In this document: positions 8,214-17,304 of the stretch, piece by piece
How positions within the stretch are numbered: the first letter of the stretch is position 1
Layout: each line of letters opens with the position of its first letter
From: a virus
Reading direction: 5' to 3' (one strand)
Length of the DNA stretch: 64,000 bases
IMG/VR virus record: IMGVR_UViG_3300045970_000455
Span: 1 to 64,000 of that record
The notes under the pieces: generated by a model
Databases searched by the model: none
The model's input: the letters and a program-made list of their open reading frames with translations, nothing else
What the model was told of the DNA's origin: nothing
Program-made: the position numbers and the translations under genes

Positions 8214-8846
8214 TTATGAATGGCCTTTTCTGTTATTTCCAATGGATTCCGAATTCCATCGCTTAACAGTTTCTAGATTGGCTTCCGAATCTGCAGAAAA
8301 GTTTCCTGTTCCATCGAACTCCTCTAAGGCTACGTTTCTACAGACTTCCATGAACCATTGGTTGACGATGCTGTCCGCAGTGAGTCCTTCGTACCCCTCT
8401 TTCTTCAGAGATTCTACAAACAACTCGTTCCAATCTAACTCGAAACTACCTTCAAGTGATTTCTTACCACCAAAGTCCATACTCAATACAGTGACCCATG
8501 GTTCACCTTTTAGCGTAGCGGAAGACTTAGCATACTCGAGTTCTGTAATAGAACCTTCTTGCTTTTGAAGGTCTATTAGTGCTTGTTCTCTTTCCGATTT
8601 GTCTTTAATCATTGCCACTAATGCGTGGTCATAGCCTGACTTATCTATCACACCTCTCTTTAACTCTAAATCAAGGTGTTTTCTATAATAAGTATCTTCA
8701 TCCATTTCGTCTTTAGATAACTCTAATAGTTTCTTTTCTAATACTAATCCGGTGAGTTCGTATTCTGCTTTTGCACGCTCACGTGCCTTTCCAGTCAACC
8801 CCCAACTATAGGGGTATAAAGAGAAGGGTATTATTTTTTTTGACAT
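8214..8846 (-). CDS. Hypothetical protein
   Basis: 210-aa ORF. Confidence 0.7.
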   Translation of the reverse strand: MSKKIIPFSLYPYSWGLTGKARERAKAEYELTGLVLEKKLLELSKDEMDEDTYYRKHLDLELKRGVIDKSGYDHALVAMIKDKSEREQALIDLQKQEGSITELEYAKSSATLKGEPWVTVLSMDFGGKKSLEGSFELDWNELFVESLKKEGYEGLTADSIVNQWFMEVCRNVALEEFDGTGNFSADSEANLETVKRWNSESIGNNRKGHS

Positions 8847-8888
8847 TATGCGTTTTATTCCTATACTTAAAGTTTGTGTAACTTTCTG

Positions 8889-8948
8889 AGTTTCAGATTA
8901 AAATCTGAAACTGAATTTTAAAAATCCAAATCTGAGATATAAATCTGA
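8889..8948. repeat. Palindrome plus AAATCTGA direct repeats
   Basis: AGTTTCAGATT-AA-AATCTGAAACT; AAATCTGA occurs three times. Confidence 0.65.
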
Positions 8949-8957
8949 CCTCGTGAT

Positions 8958-9803
8958 TTATGTCGCCCATGCGTTGCGAAAAAGTGGAACCTGAAGCCTA
9001 TCGCTATACCTTAATCCATATCTCATTGCCATTAGTGCCACATTTTTATTATTTAATGTATATACGCTTTCTACTCCGCCCACTGGCATTAAATATACAG
9101 GTCCTTTAAATCCTGCACTGGTATACATGTCTATTGTTTTTAGTGCTTCCTGACAGTCATCCTCGGTGGCTATTACAAACTTCAGATAGGTATATCCTAT
9201 CTCTTGATATTGACGTATAATATCGGGGCGGATTGCTACAGCTCGATCTTCACCTGAACAACTAAGTTTTGGACTAACCGAAAATGTTAATGCTGACTGG
9301 TTTCGTCTTACATTTACCCAGTCTTTTAAAAAATAAACAAAACTTGTGTGTAACTCTTGTGTGCCGTTTGTTTCAAATGTTAGTTCTTTAAGCCCTATCA
9401 TCTCTGGCTGTCGTAATAAATCGGGATATGCTTTCTGCCACCCCAATAACGGCTCCCCGCCTGTGATTACAAGATGTTCATTGTTCCACTCGTTAAATGG
9501 TAATAGTTCCATCATCCGTTTAGCTATGCCAGATACTTCCATCATTGGGCTAAGGTCTTTAAATCGTGGATCCCAAGATGCATAACTATCACAACCTGTA
9601 GAAACTAACGGTAGTTCATTATAGATACGATATTTATTTGGATCGACTGATAATGCTTCAGTTGATTTTTCTCCTGCAGGCATTCCGAATCCCTTGCAAG
9701 AAAAATTGCAGCCGAATGTTCTTAAGAAGATACTTGGTACCCCCATAAACCGGCCTTCTCCCTGTATTGAGTAGAATAGTTCTGCTATTTTAATCTTCGA
9801 CAT
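8958..9803 (-). CDS. queE: 7-carboxy-7-deazaguanine synthase (radical SAM)
   Basis: ELFYSIQGEG, FLRTFGCNFSC...CDS, TGGEP, ETNG, SVSPKL. Confidence 0.92.
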   Translation of the reverse strand: MSKIKIAELFYSIQGEGRFMGVPSIFLRTFGCNFSCKGFGMPAGEKSTEALSVDPNKYRIYNELPLVSTGCDSYASWDPRFKDLSPMMEVSGIAKRMMELLPFNEWNNEHLVITGGEPLLGWQKAYPDLLRQPEMIGLKELTFETNGTQELHTSFVYFLKDWVNVRRNQSALTFSVSPKLSCSGEDRAVAIRPDIIRQYQEIGYTYLKFVIATEDDCQEALKTIDMYTSAGFKGPVYLMPVGGVESVYTLNNKNVALMAMRYGLRYSDRLQVPLFRNAWAT

Positions 9804-10149
9804 TATGTACCTTTCTGAAATGTTCTACGTCTGCTACAGCATTTATTAATGTGCTTGCATAGTTAATAGCCTGTTGTCTCGTCATAACAATATCGGCTTC
9901 GTATTTAACGAACCCGTTTAACAATATATCTTTGGTTAATCGTAATCTATTAATAAATCCCGAAAAAGTCGGTGGTGTTTTTTGTGTGGTGTATGTTGTT
10001 ACTGTTACACCTGTACCGTCTGCTTCCACCCACACATCGTGACTGCAATCATCGCTACCGCAAGAGCAGACTACTTTATATGTCTTTATGTCTCCGTAAT
10101 CTCTGTGCAATAAAATTCCTTCTGCAGGCACTTGTATATGATCTATCAT
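9790..10149 (-). CDS. Hypothetical protein with CxC...H motif
   Basis: Coupled ORF. Confidence 0.65.
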   Translation of the reverse strand: MIDHIQVPAEGILLHRDYGDIKTYKVVCSCGSDDCSHDVWVEADGTGVTVTTYTTQKTPPTFSGFINRLRLTKDILLNGFVKYEADIVMTRQQAINYASTLINAVADVEHFRKVHNVED

Positions 10150-10607
10150 TCTTTTCCTTTTAGCTTGTCTATTATTTTAGCAGCTCTCCATAGGAATGTC
10201 AAGTCTTCTGCAGTTATGGAACCCTTTTCTTCTGCCATCGAAATCATCTCTTCAAACACACTGTCTCTCATTCGTTGTTTAATACTGTATGTTATTTTTG
10301 CAGAAAGTTCGTAACCTAATACAAACGATTCACTTAACGCTTTTGCGGCCTCATCGATTTTTATACCATCGGCCCATTTAACTGTGCCGTCTTCCAATAT
10401 CCTTACTATTTCTTTACCTACTGGATCAGTGAATATGTTAGGACGTTGGGCCGAGGGCCATGATGAATTACTTATGCTGGTTGTGCCAGCTCCTATGCCC
10501 ATTGCAGAACCAATAGTGCCAATGGTGTATTGCTGGCCAGTGGTATAATAGGGTGTGGATGCTGCTGCGATTAATGGTGGGGTATATGGTAGATTCGTTA
10601 TTGCCAT
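10146..10607 (-). CDS. Hypothetical protein
   Basis: Coupled ORF. Confidence 0.65.
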   Translation of the reverse strand: MAITNLPYTPPLIAAASTPYYTTGQQYTIGTIGSAMGIGAGTTSISNSSWPSAQRPNIFTDPVGKEIVRILEDGTVKWADGIKIDEAAKALSESFVLGYELSAKITYSIKQRMRDSVFEEMISMAEEKGSITAEDLTFLWRAAKIIDKLKGKE

Positions 10608-10619
10608 TATGCACTCCTA

Positions 10620-10964
10620 TTATGGTGCGTAAGAAATAACAGCACCGTTTTCGTTATCTTCGCTAACCTCGACTTGAATTTTTCTATTAGGGTATTTACC
10701 AGAAATATATTCTATTAGCTCTTCCCCGAGCATTTCACAGCTCTTGTAATCGATATCCATTGTGCCTGCAGAGAACAATCCTTCGAGTTCTCTTTTAAAC
10801 AATATGAACTCCACATCCCTATCATTATGTGTCACACCAAGTGTTACAACAAAATGAAACATGTGCCTATGTGGATGTTGCAAGAATTCAACACCCTCCG
10901 GAGCAGCAGGATATCTGTGAATTCCTTCCTTCTGAAATTGTACGAATATACTTCTATCTAACAT
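10620..10964 (-). CDS. QueD-like T-fold protein with LxxxHRHxF signature (DpdL-type, putative CDG decarboxylase)
   Basis: EGIH, LQHPHRHMF, DVEF, SCEM, VSEDNENG; located in the queE/dpdA cluster. Confidence 0.75.
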   Translation of the reverse strand: MLDRSIFVQFQKEGIHRYPAAPEGVEFLQHPHRHMFHFVVTLGVTHNDRDVEFILFKRELEGLFSAGTMDIDYKSCEMLGEELIEYISGKYPNRKIQVEVSEDNENGAVISYAP

Positions 10965-11704
10965 TACTTCTTACCTTTTACTTTTGCATTTTTGCTTAAT
11001 GGATCGGTTGTTGCACCGTCGGCGTATGCTTCTGCTGCCACTTGTGGTGTCACCGTTTCTTTTACTTCTTCTTTTAAGGACGATGTTGGTGATACATCGA
11101 GCCCTAACTCACTATTATTTAGCTGTTCTTTAACTGGCTCATCAACAAGTACGGGTTCGGTTTGTTGTTTAACTGTATCAAACATAGGTTCCATTGGTGT
11201 TGGCTTGTCACCGTCAATCGACACAACTACACTATAATCCTGCAAAGCGGTATATTTATTGCTGTCGGTCACATCAGTAAAGTGCAAGCACCATAGTCCT
11301 TTTACATCTACGCTATCTTCCACGCTAACAGTAAGATTGGCATTAGATGTTTCGAGTTTAGGAATACTTATACTTAGCAGTGGTACAAACGTACGACACT
11401 GCCACACACCATTATTTAACATTCTTAACACAGTTTCGTGCTGATGTGCAGGATAGTTTAGTGTTACCCAGAATCCTTTATCTAATAATGCAGTTATAGT
11501 CTTATCCCATGTCTTATTTGCTGGATCAGCATCAAACGAGTTATTAGCACCGAGAAAAATATGAGTGGTTCTATGTTCTCTTGCATATTTTTCTATTGTT
11601 GCTGTATCTTGTTGTCCTACAACAAATAATGTTCTTTTAGAAAATGCTGGTGTGTTTGCAACTTCACCACCAACAAAGAATTGTGCGCTATTAGTTATTT
11701 TCAT
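10964..11704 (-). CDS. Unknown protein of the deazaguanine cluster, paralogue A (acidic C-terminal tail)
   Basis: GxEVxxTPAF..TLFV and HIFLGANNSF shared with 11715-12224. Confidence 0.7.
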   Translation of the reverse strand: MKITNSAQFFVGGEVANTPAFSKRTLFVVGQQDTATIEKYAREHRTTHIFLGANNSFDADPANKTWDKTITALLDKGFWVTLNYPAHQHETVLRMLNNGVWQCRTFVPLLSISIPKLETSNANLTVSVEDSVDVKGLWCLHFTDVTDSNKYTALQDYSVVVSIDGDKPTPMEPMFDTVKQQTEPVLVDEPVKEQLNNSELGLDVSPTSSLKEEVKETVTPQVAAEAYADGATTDPLSKNAKVKGKK

Positions 11705-11714
11705 TATGTATCCT

Positions 11715-12224
11715 TTATTTTATATTCTCGTCATCTGCATATTCGTCCCAGTCTGTATATTTTTCGGGATCGGTTATATCTGATTTAGTTAGACACCACA
11801 CACCGGGATTTAAGCCCGCCGGGTCGTCTATTTTTACTATTACGTTATTTCCTATATCTGCTATATTAGTTATGTCAACTGTTATCATAGGAATAAATCT
11901 TGTATTGTTCCATACATCTGTATGTAATATATTCAATACGCTGTTATGATATGTCACGGGGTAGTCAAATGTAACAATATACCCTGCATACAACAATCCT
12001 GCCACTAATGTGTTCCAGTCATGTGCTGGATGAAAACTTCTATTTGCACATAGGTATATATGATTTATGCTGTTATCTGTGGCACGAATATGTATTTCGA
12101 TAAACGGTTGAAACTCTTGCACAAATAAGGTTTTCATCCCAAATGCCGGCGTCTTTTCCACCTCCATACCAATCATGTATGTTGTTCTTTTTTTGCCCAT
12201 GAACTCTTCCCTGACTTCTTGCAT
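11715..12224 (-). CDS. Unknown protein of the deazaguanine cluster, paralogue B
   Basis: GMEVEKTPAFGMKTLFV, HIYLCANRSF, KIDD..NPGVWC, YTDWDEY. Confidence 0.7.
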   Translation of the reverse strand: MQEVREEFMGKKRTTYMIGMEVEKTPAFGMKTLFVQEFQPFIEIHIRATDNSINHIYLCANRSFHPAHDWNTLVAGLLYAGYIVTFDYPVTYHNSVLNILHTDVWNNTRFIPMITVDITNIADIGNNVIVKIDDPAGLNPGVWCLTKSDITDPEKYTDWDEYADDENIK

Positions 12225-12227
12225 AGC

Positions 12228-13064
12228 TTATTCTGCCTTTAATAGATTGTGCATTGTTGTAAATGTGTTGTTGATAAGATTTACCGGTTTAGATATATCA
12301 TATGTATCATCTGCAAATTCTTTAATAATCATATCTATGTTATCAGATAGCACAGTAGATGTTGGATCAAGATTAAATACAACACCCAATCCTGTTGGAA
12401 ATGTAGGTATGGTATAGAGTTTCAAGTCTGGCCTGTATTTTGCCAAGATAGGCATAATCTTCCATGTGTCGCCTGCCCAATATACTGTATTCCACGCTCT
12501 TGTTGCTGTAGCAGGAATAGCAGGAAATACATCATGCATAGCAATAACTGTATTCTTGCCAGATGATTTTTCTACGTTAATGAAATCTCGTAGAACTTGA
12601 TCATAATAGTGTAACCCGTCAATAAACGAAAAGTTAATACACCCTGTCCCGAACTCATTTACCCCTTCACAATCTTTTACATTATGATTAGAAAAGAAAT
12701 CATCGCTTGTTGTTTTAAAAATCTTTGCCCATGCATCGAACCCATGCACTATCTTTGGAGCAGGATCGATACCAACCGAATGTGTATCTACGTTTGCAAA
12801 CTGTAATGATTGCCCCGATTCAACACCGATTTCTAAATAGTTCTTAGGTTGTAGTGTTGTGTGAAACCACTTTAACCATTCTAAATATGTAGGGCCAGGA
12901 AACTTATTAATAGTAAGTTCATTATGAATGCCACGCTGAACCTCCATTAGTTCTTTATTCTGCGGATGCTTATCTAATAATGCGTCACACAATGTATCTG
13001 CACCAACAAAATCTCCCACTTTTATTTTATTTCTTATTACTATTAAGTTGTCTTCTATGTTCAT
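12228..13064 (-). CDS. Class I SAM-dependent methyltransferase (Methyltransf_24-like)
   Basis: YLEIGVESGQS, GIDP, FIDGLH, IAMHD, WAGDTWK. Confidence 0.85.
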   Translation of the reverse strand: MNIEDNLIVIRNKIKVGDFVGADTLCDALLDKHPQNKELMEVQRGIHNELTINKFPGPTYLEWLKWFHTTLQPKNYLEIGVESGQSLQFANVDTHSVGIDPAPKIVHGFDAWAKIFKTTSDDFFSNHNVKDCEGVNEFGTGCINFSFIDGLHYYDQVLRDFINVEKSSGKNTVIAMHDVFPAIPATATRAWNTVYWAGDTWKIMPILAKYRPDLKLYTIPTFPTGLGVVFNLDPTSTVLSDNIDMIIKEFADDTYDISKPVNLINNTFTTMHNLLKAE

Positions 13065-13072
13065 TTTATGCC

Positions 13073-13231
13073 TTATACTAATTCTTCTACTACGCCTAAT
13101 ATTTCTGCAACAACAAACATTGTTCCGGCAAAAAATAAGTTACCTACTGCAAGATTACAGCCTGCTATAATGCGAATAGCACTTTTCACCAAACTAATGC
13201 GTTGGTGTAGCTTTGGATCCGGTGTCTTCAT
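13073..13231 (-). CDS. Small membrane protein
   Basis: MKTPDPKLH...AEILGVVEELV, hydrophobic. Confidence 0.55.
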   Translation of the reverse strand: MKTPDPKLHQRISLVKSAIRIIAGCNLAVGNLFFAGTMFVVAEILGVVEELV

Positions 13232-13232
13232 T

Positions 13233-14411
13233 TCAATATTTTTCCTTTGATACATATTTTCTATAGTCGTTTGTGTTTCTTGCCCATTCTTCTCCAACGC
13301 CTTCAAACACATCAAGCGTACGGTCGATTGTGCCATTTTGCCAATCACTAACTGCACCTGTTTTATATCTCGATGGATTAACAAACATTTTTTCTAATCT
13401 TTCTACCGCATCATCTATGCTCCACGGTATATACATATTATCTGCATTATTAGCAAATACCTCTGGAAAACTTCTATATGCTGGATATAATGTTAGCGTG
13501 CCCAATGCATCAGCTTCACTCACTGTGTTACTTACCCAATCTTGCAATGCACAGTTAAATAAAACGGTACTGTCTGCAAGTAATGCATAGTAGTCATTCT
13601 TCTTTAATCCTGTATAAACCTTAAAGTTTGCAGAACCACTATTTTCTAAATACTTTGCAAAATCTGTGTTATTTTTGTTATTGCTCTTTAGTTTAGGATG
13701 CCCACTAAACACGGCAAACTCCACATCAGGTCTAATCTTGTTAAACTTTTGAGCAAGCTGCATATAAAATTCTGGTTGCTTCTCATCGTCCCATCTTGCT
13801 GCAAAACCAACACGCTGTTCGCGTGATGTGATAGGTTTGAGATATGGTACGCGACTTATAACTTCTTCTTTACCGAACGGTAATCCAGTTACATAAATAG
13901 GTGCCTTAAATCCTGCAATCCGTAAATGCGATACCATTTCTTCGCTTGCTACAAGAATGCCGTCGACAAAAGAATCAACCATTTGTTCGAAAGGTCGCAT
14001 CCATCTAAACATTCCTTCGCGATTTACAAAGTCGTCGGGGTCTATACTCTGTGCAAGACACCTAACATATACCTTTGGTTTGAACTTACGCGGAACTTGA
14101 TCCATGATGTAAGGTAACGATTCCATTCCGGGTGTAAACATATCTTCGAAGAATACAACATCTTGACTTGTTACCCTACCTTCTTTCATTAGTTCTATTA
14201 GATTTGCCATCTGTGTCATACTATAGTATGTCCTACCATGTGCATCTAATACACTGCCTGTAACAATCTTTTTATCTGTGGTAAGTTCGGAACCTAACAC
14301 AATCTGATAATCAACGCCTCTGCGCTTAAACACTCGTTCGTTCCAGTCGCCGAGTTGTAAAGAATAACGAGCCTCATATTGCTCCAATCCCATATAAAAT
14401 AGTTTTCTCAT
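13233..14411 (-). CDS. GT-B fold glycosyltransferase
   Basis: GFAARWDDEKQP, ALQDWVSNTVSEA, YPAYRSFPE (GT4-like C-terminal domain). Confidence 0.8.
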   Translation of the reverse strand: MRKLFYMGLEQYEARYSLQLGDWNERVFKRRGVDYQIVLGSELTTDKKIVTGSVLDAHGRTYYSMTQMANLIELMKEGRVTSQDVVFFEDMFTPGMESLPYIMDQVPRKFKPKVYVRCLAQSIDPDDFVNREGMFRWMRPFEQMVDSFVDGILVASEEMVSHLRIAGFKAPIYVTGLPFGKEEVISRVPYLKPITSREQRVGFAARWDDEKQPEFYMQLAQKFNKIRPDVEFAVFSGHPKLKSNNKNNTDFAKYLENSGSANFKVYTGLKKNDYYALLADSTVLFNCALQDWVSNTVSEADALGTLTLYPAYRSFPEVFANNADNMYIPWSIDDAVERLEKMFVNPSRYKTGAVSDWQNGTIDRTLDVFEGVGEEWARNTNDYRKYVSKEKY

Positions 14412-14421
14412 AGTTTCTTTC

Positions 14422-14652
14422 TTAAAGGTGTTTTATGACATACACTAATGCGTCTTCACTGTTTATTATAGCAGTTTCTTTAGAATATACACGATATTCA
14501 TCTATATATTTAATCGCAGGTACAGGAACAACATGTATCATTTTATTATTAAGTTTTATTACCTTGCATATTTTGATGGTGTTGTGACGTGCTGCTACCA
14601 CATACATACCTACACGAACTTGCACACCTAATATATCAAAATGTTCAGTCAT
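14422..14652 (-). CDS. Hypothetical protein
   Basis: Short phage-type ORF. Confidence 0.6.
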   Translation of the reverse strand: MTEHFDILGVQVRVGMYVVAARHNTIKICKVIKLNNKMIHVVPVPAIKYIDEYRVYSKETAIINSEDALVYVIKHL

Positions 14653-14827
14653 TTTCTTTGTGCCAGCGTTCATCGTCATATTGCCTGTTTAACTCTTTTA
14701 ATATTTCGGAGTCGATTACTTCCCTTATATACCGAGCCATCTGTAGTGCCATGTCTCGTTCCATGCGTTCTACTTTTGTATATTTTAGTATATCTATGAC
14801 CTTATCTTTTAGCTGATCATCTGTCAT
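14645..14827 (-). CDS. Hypothetical protein
   Basis: Overlapping coupled ORF. Confidence 0.5.
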   Translation of the reverse strand: MTDDQLKDKVIDILKYTKVERMERDMALQMARYIREVIDSEILKELNRQYDDERWHKEND

Positions 14828-15116
14828 AATCAACAACACGGATCAGTTTATCGCCCATCCAGTGAGAGCAAGATTCGTCGGCATCATGTTCAAAATCCTT
14901 AAGCATCTTCGCGAATTTTTTCTTTGAGATCTTTCTACCATCAATGATAGTTTCTCCTAAGAATTTTTGCGATACTTCCTCGAATGCATCTGCATCGTTA
15001 CCTGAATCAATCATTGTCACTTCATCATATGCATGTTCAAGCGCATCGGCTTCAATAACATAACGTCGACGAAAGGTAGAAATAGTGTCTACCATGTATA
15101 GTTTCTTTTTAGTCAT
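14817..15116 (-). CDS. Hypothetical protein
   Basis: MTKKKLYMVDTISTFRRRYVIEA. Confidence 0.65.
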   Translation of the reverse strand: MTKKKLYMVDTISTFRRRYVIEADALEHAYDEVTMIDSGNDADAFEEVSQKFLGETIIDGRKISKKKFAKMLKDFEHDADESCSHWMGDKLIRVVDYDR

Positions 15117-15529
15117 TTTATACCCTTTAATATATCTACCACTTTCTGTTCTTCTGCCCATACTGCTTCTTGTTTGATTCTTGCATTTATATACTCTTTA
15201 ATCTGGTGCCTTGAGCTCCATATTTTCTCTTCATAGAATGCTAACCCGTTGCAAGGACAGTCTATAACAATAGCAACATCTCCAACATCTTTAGCCATTA
15301 CACAATCTACAGCATAATGTATAACTACACCATCTGGATATTTTTTCTGTTTTTCCAGTGCATCCTCAATATAGCAATCATATTCTTCCGCATCGTGATC
15401 GATAATCTCTGCGTCAGGACAATAATGCTCCCTACCACAGAAGCCGCATGTCATGTAATGTGACCCGCCGCCCGATAGTGCATCGAGAAACATGTGAGAT
15501 GGTTTTGTGGGAGATGTATAGAAACTCAT
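15113..15529 (-). CDS. Hypothetical Cys-rich protein
   Basis: CGFCGREHYC and CPC. Confidence 0.65.
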   Translation of the reverse strand: MSFYTSPTKPSHMFLDALSGGGSHYMTCGFCGREHYCPDAEIIDHDAEEYDCYIEDALEKQKKYPDGVVIHYAVDCVMAKDVGDVAIVIDCPCNGLAFYEEKIWSSRHQIKEYINARIKQEAVWAEEQKVVDILKGIK

Positions 15530-15732
15530 CTTTTTCCTTTCTTATGCCGTATTCTTGTATTACCCTTTTTACCCGGGGAATCTGCGAACTCGGGACTACC
15601 ACCGACCATAATAGAGTTTGCCAATATTAGTCCATTTAACAGGCCATGCATATATCCCTTTTCGTTTGAATCTCGCTGAATAGCTACAAGTTTTGACAAT
15701 GTAGATAATCTATGCTGAAGATCATGTTGCAT
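15526..15732 (-). CDS. Hypothetical protein
   Basis: YMHGLLNGLILA motif; coupled. Confidence 0.6.
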   Translation of the reverse strand: MQHDLQHRLSTLSKLVAIQRDSNEKGYMHGLLNGLILANSIMVGGSPEFADSPGKKGNTRIRHKKGKR

Positions 15733-17293
15733 CGTCGGTATTATCTTCCTGAGCTAATGTATCATTATCTTCCCCTGCCATTTCCTCCACTGTCGGAAAT
15801 TCAGTTGTAGAGTTAGGATCGTCATCACCAAACAATGTGCTAAATGTTGTCTTTGTCTTCTTGTTGCCAAAGCTAACATAGTTAAGAAACTGTAAGTTAT
15901 CCTCCAACATTTCATACGGATGTTCATTAGCAGGATCAAACAACTTTTCAATAAAATCATTAAAGTAGATAATAGAGTTGGGAACAAAGTCACTCTTATT
16001 TGCTTTCTTATCCCGCATCTTATACCAGTCTTCAAAGTTTACATCTTTTCTTGTGGCGTAGTCTATATCTGCAAGCCTGTTTATTTCTTGTATAGCTTGT
16101 ATGTGATTATATACATTGTGTGCCATAACAAGTGCGTAACTTGTTGTATCCCAACTTGTCTTACCTATCTTGTTATGCTTATTAGCATCATTAGGTCCCA
16201 TAACGCACACATCGCTTGTGTATAAACGTTCCATAATAGGGCCTTGGAATGGCATCGCTAACTTCTGTTCTTTTAAACCTTTGTCATCAATACCGCTTCC
16301 CATAGCATACGTCAGCCGATCTGGATTAAAGTAGTTATAGTTGTAAGATAGTGCATATCCGCCTGCTGCAACAAAAGGTGATGCAGCGTCAAAGCTAATA
16401 TTAATGTTAGGATTGTGATGTTTCTTTAACACACGTTCTATAGATGTTAAATAGCACGCCCAGTCTAATCTTCCAATACCCAAAAAGTGTATCCAGTCCT
16501 TGCCTTCTAATAGACCATCGTCGCGTAGGTTAAGCAATCTCTCTAAAGATGTTTTCATGTTTTGCATATTAACACCGGCAAATGCCCATCCTTCGAATGT
16601 TCTATCTCTGGTATATCCCATTGCTTCAACTATATCAGGCTGGCTGAATACCTTTACAGAATCATACCATTCTTTAGAGTTTTTATTATCGCTTCCGGAC
16701 AACACATTAAGAAACTTAGTCGCGCCGGGCACTCTATGCTTCATAAAATAGTGAAGATTATGTTCTGTAACATCTAAACAATCTGCAAAACTTGTCAGCC
16801 CTGTTTTCTCACTTAATGGAGGTAATGCTGCAAACGCAGGAATATCCAATGTCATAGACCAATCGGCTGTATGCTCTAAGAATCTAAGAATTTCTTCTCT
16901 TAACTTATCACCGCCCGGTCCTTTAACTGTTGTCCAGTCTAACTTGATAACACCTGTAGCAATCTGAAACCCACCAGAGTCGCCAATGAGTATAGTATTT
17001 TCTCTATCACGCTTATGGATCATAGGTTCTCTATCATCACATTTATTTAACTTACGTTCTGCGTGACCTGCGCTATACAGTCCATACCCGTATGTATAGT
17101 AACTTTTTTCTGCGTCGAAAAAGTTAAGTCCTTGTATACCAAATTCAAACTTTTCAGGAACACGTTCCTTAGGAATAAAAGTTGGATCAAGCAAATCCTT
17201 TCCAAGATGTGTTGTATAGAATCCGGAAATCGCAGGTAGGTATTTAGCCCAGCGACCTTCTTTATGTCGCTCTGTAAAGTTTACTATATTCAT
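15722..17293 (-). CDS. dpdA: DpdA-family (TGT-like) DNA 7-deazaguanine transglycosylase
   Basis: DSGGFQ, MTLDIP, GWAFAG, HFLG, SFDAASP motifs; clustered with queE. Confidence 0.85.
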   Translation of the reverse strand: MNIVNFTERHKEGRWAKYLPAISGFYTTHLGKDLLDPTFIPKERVPEKFEFGIQGLNFFDAEKSYYTYGYGLYSAGHAERKLNKCDDREPMIHKRDRENTILIGDSGGFQIATGVIKLDWTTVKGPGGDKLREEILRFLEHTADWSMTLDIPAFAALPPLSEKTGLTSFADCLDVTEHNLHYFMKHRVPGATKFLNVLSGSDNKNSKEWYDSVKVFSQPDIVEAMGYTRDRTFEGWAFAGVNMQNMKTSLERLLNLRDDGLLEGKDWIHFLGIGRLDWACYLTSIERVLKKHHNPNINISFDAASPFVAAGGYALSYNYNYFNPDRLTYAMGSGIDDKGLKEQKLAMPFQGPIMERLYTSDVCVMGPNDANKHNKIGKTSWDTTSYALVMAHNVYNHIQAIQEINRLADIDYATRKDVNFEDWYKMRDKKANKSDFVPNSIIYFNDFIEKLFDPANEHPYEMLEDNLQFLNYVSFGNKKTKTTFSTLFGDDDPNSTTEFPTVEEMAGEDNDTLAQEDNTDDAT

Positions 17294-17304
17294 TTAATAC
17301 CTTA

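Noticed and set aside
15722-17293. tRNA-guanine transglycosylase (tgt) for queuosine tRNA
   Set aside because: It lacks the CxCxxC zinc site of bacterial TGT and sits between replication and deazaguanine genes, so DpdA fits better.
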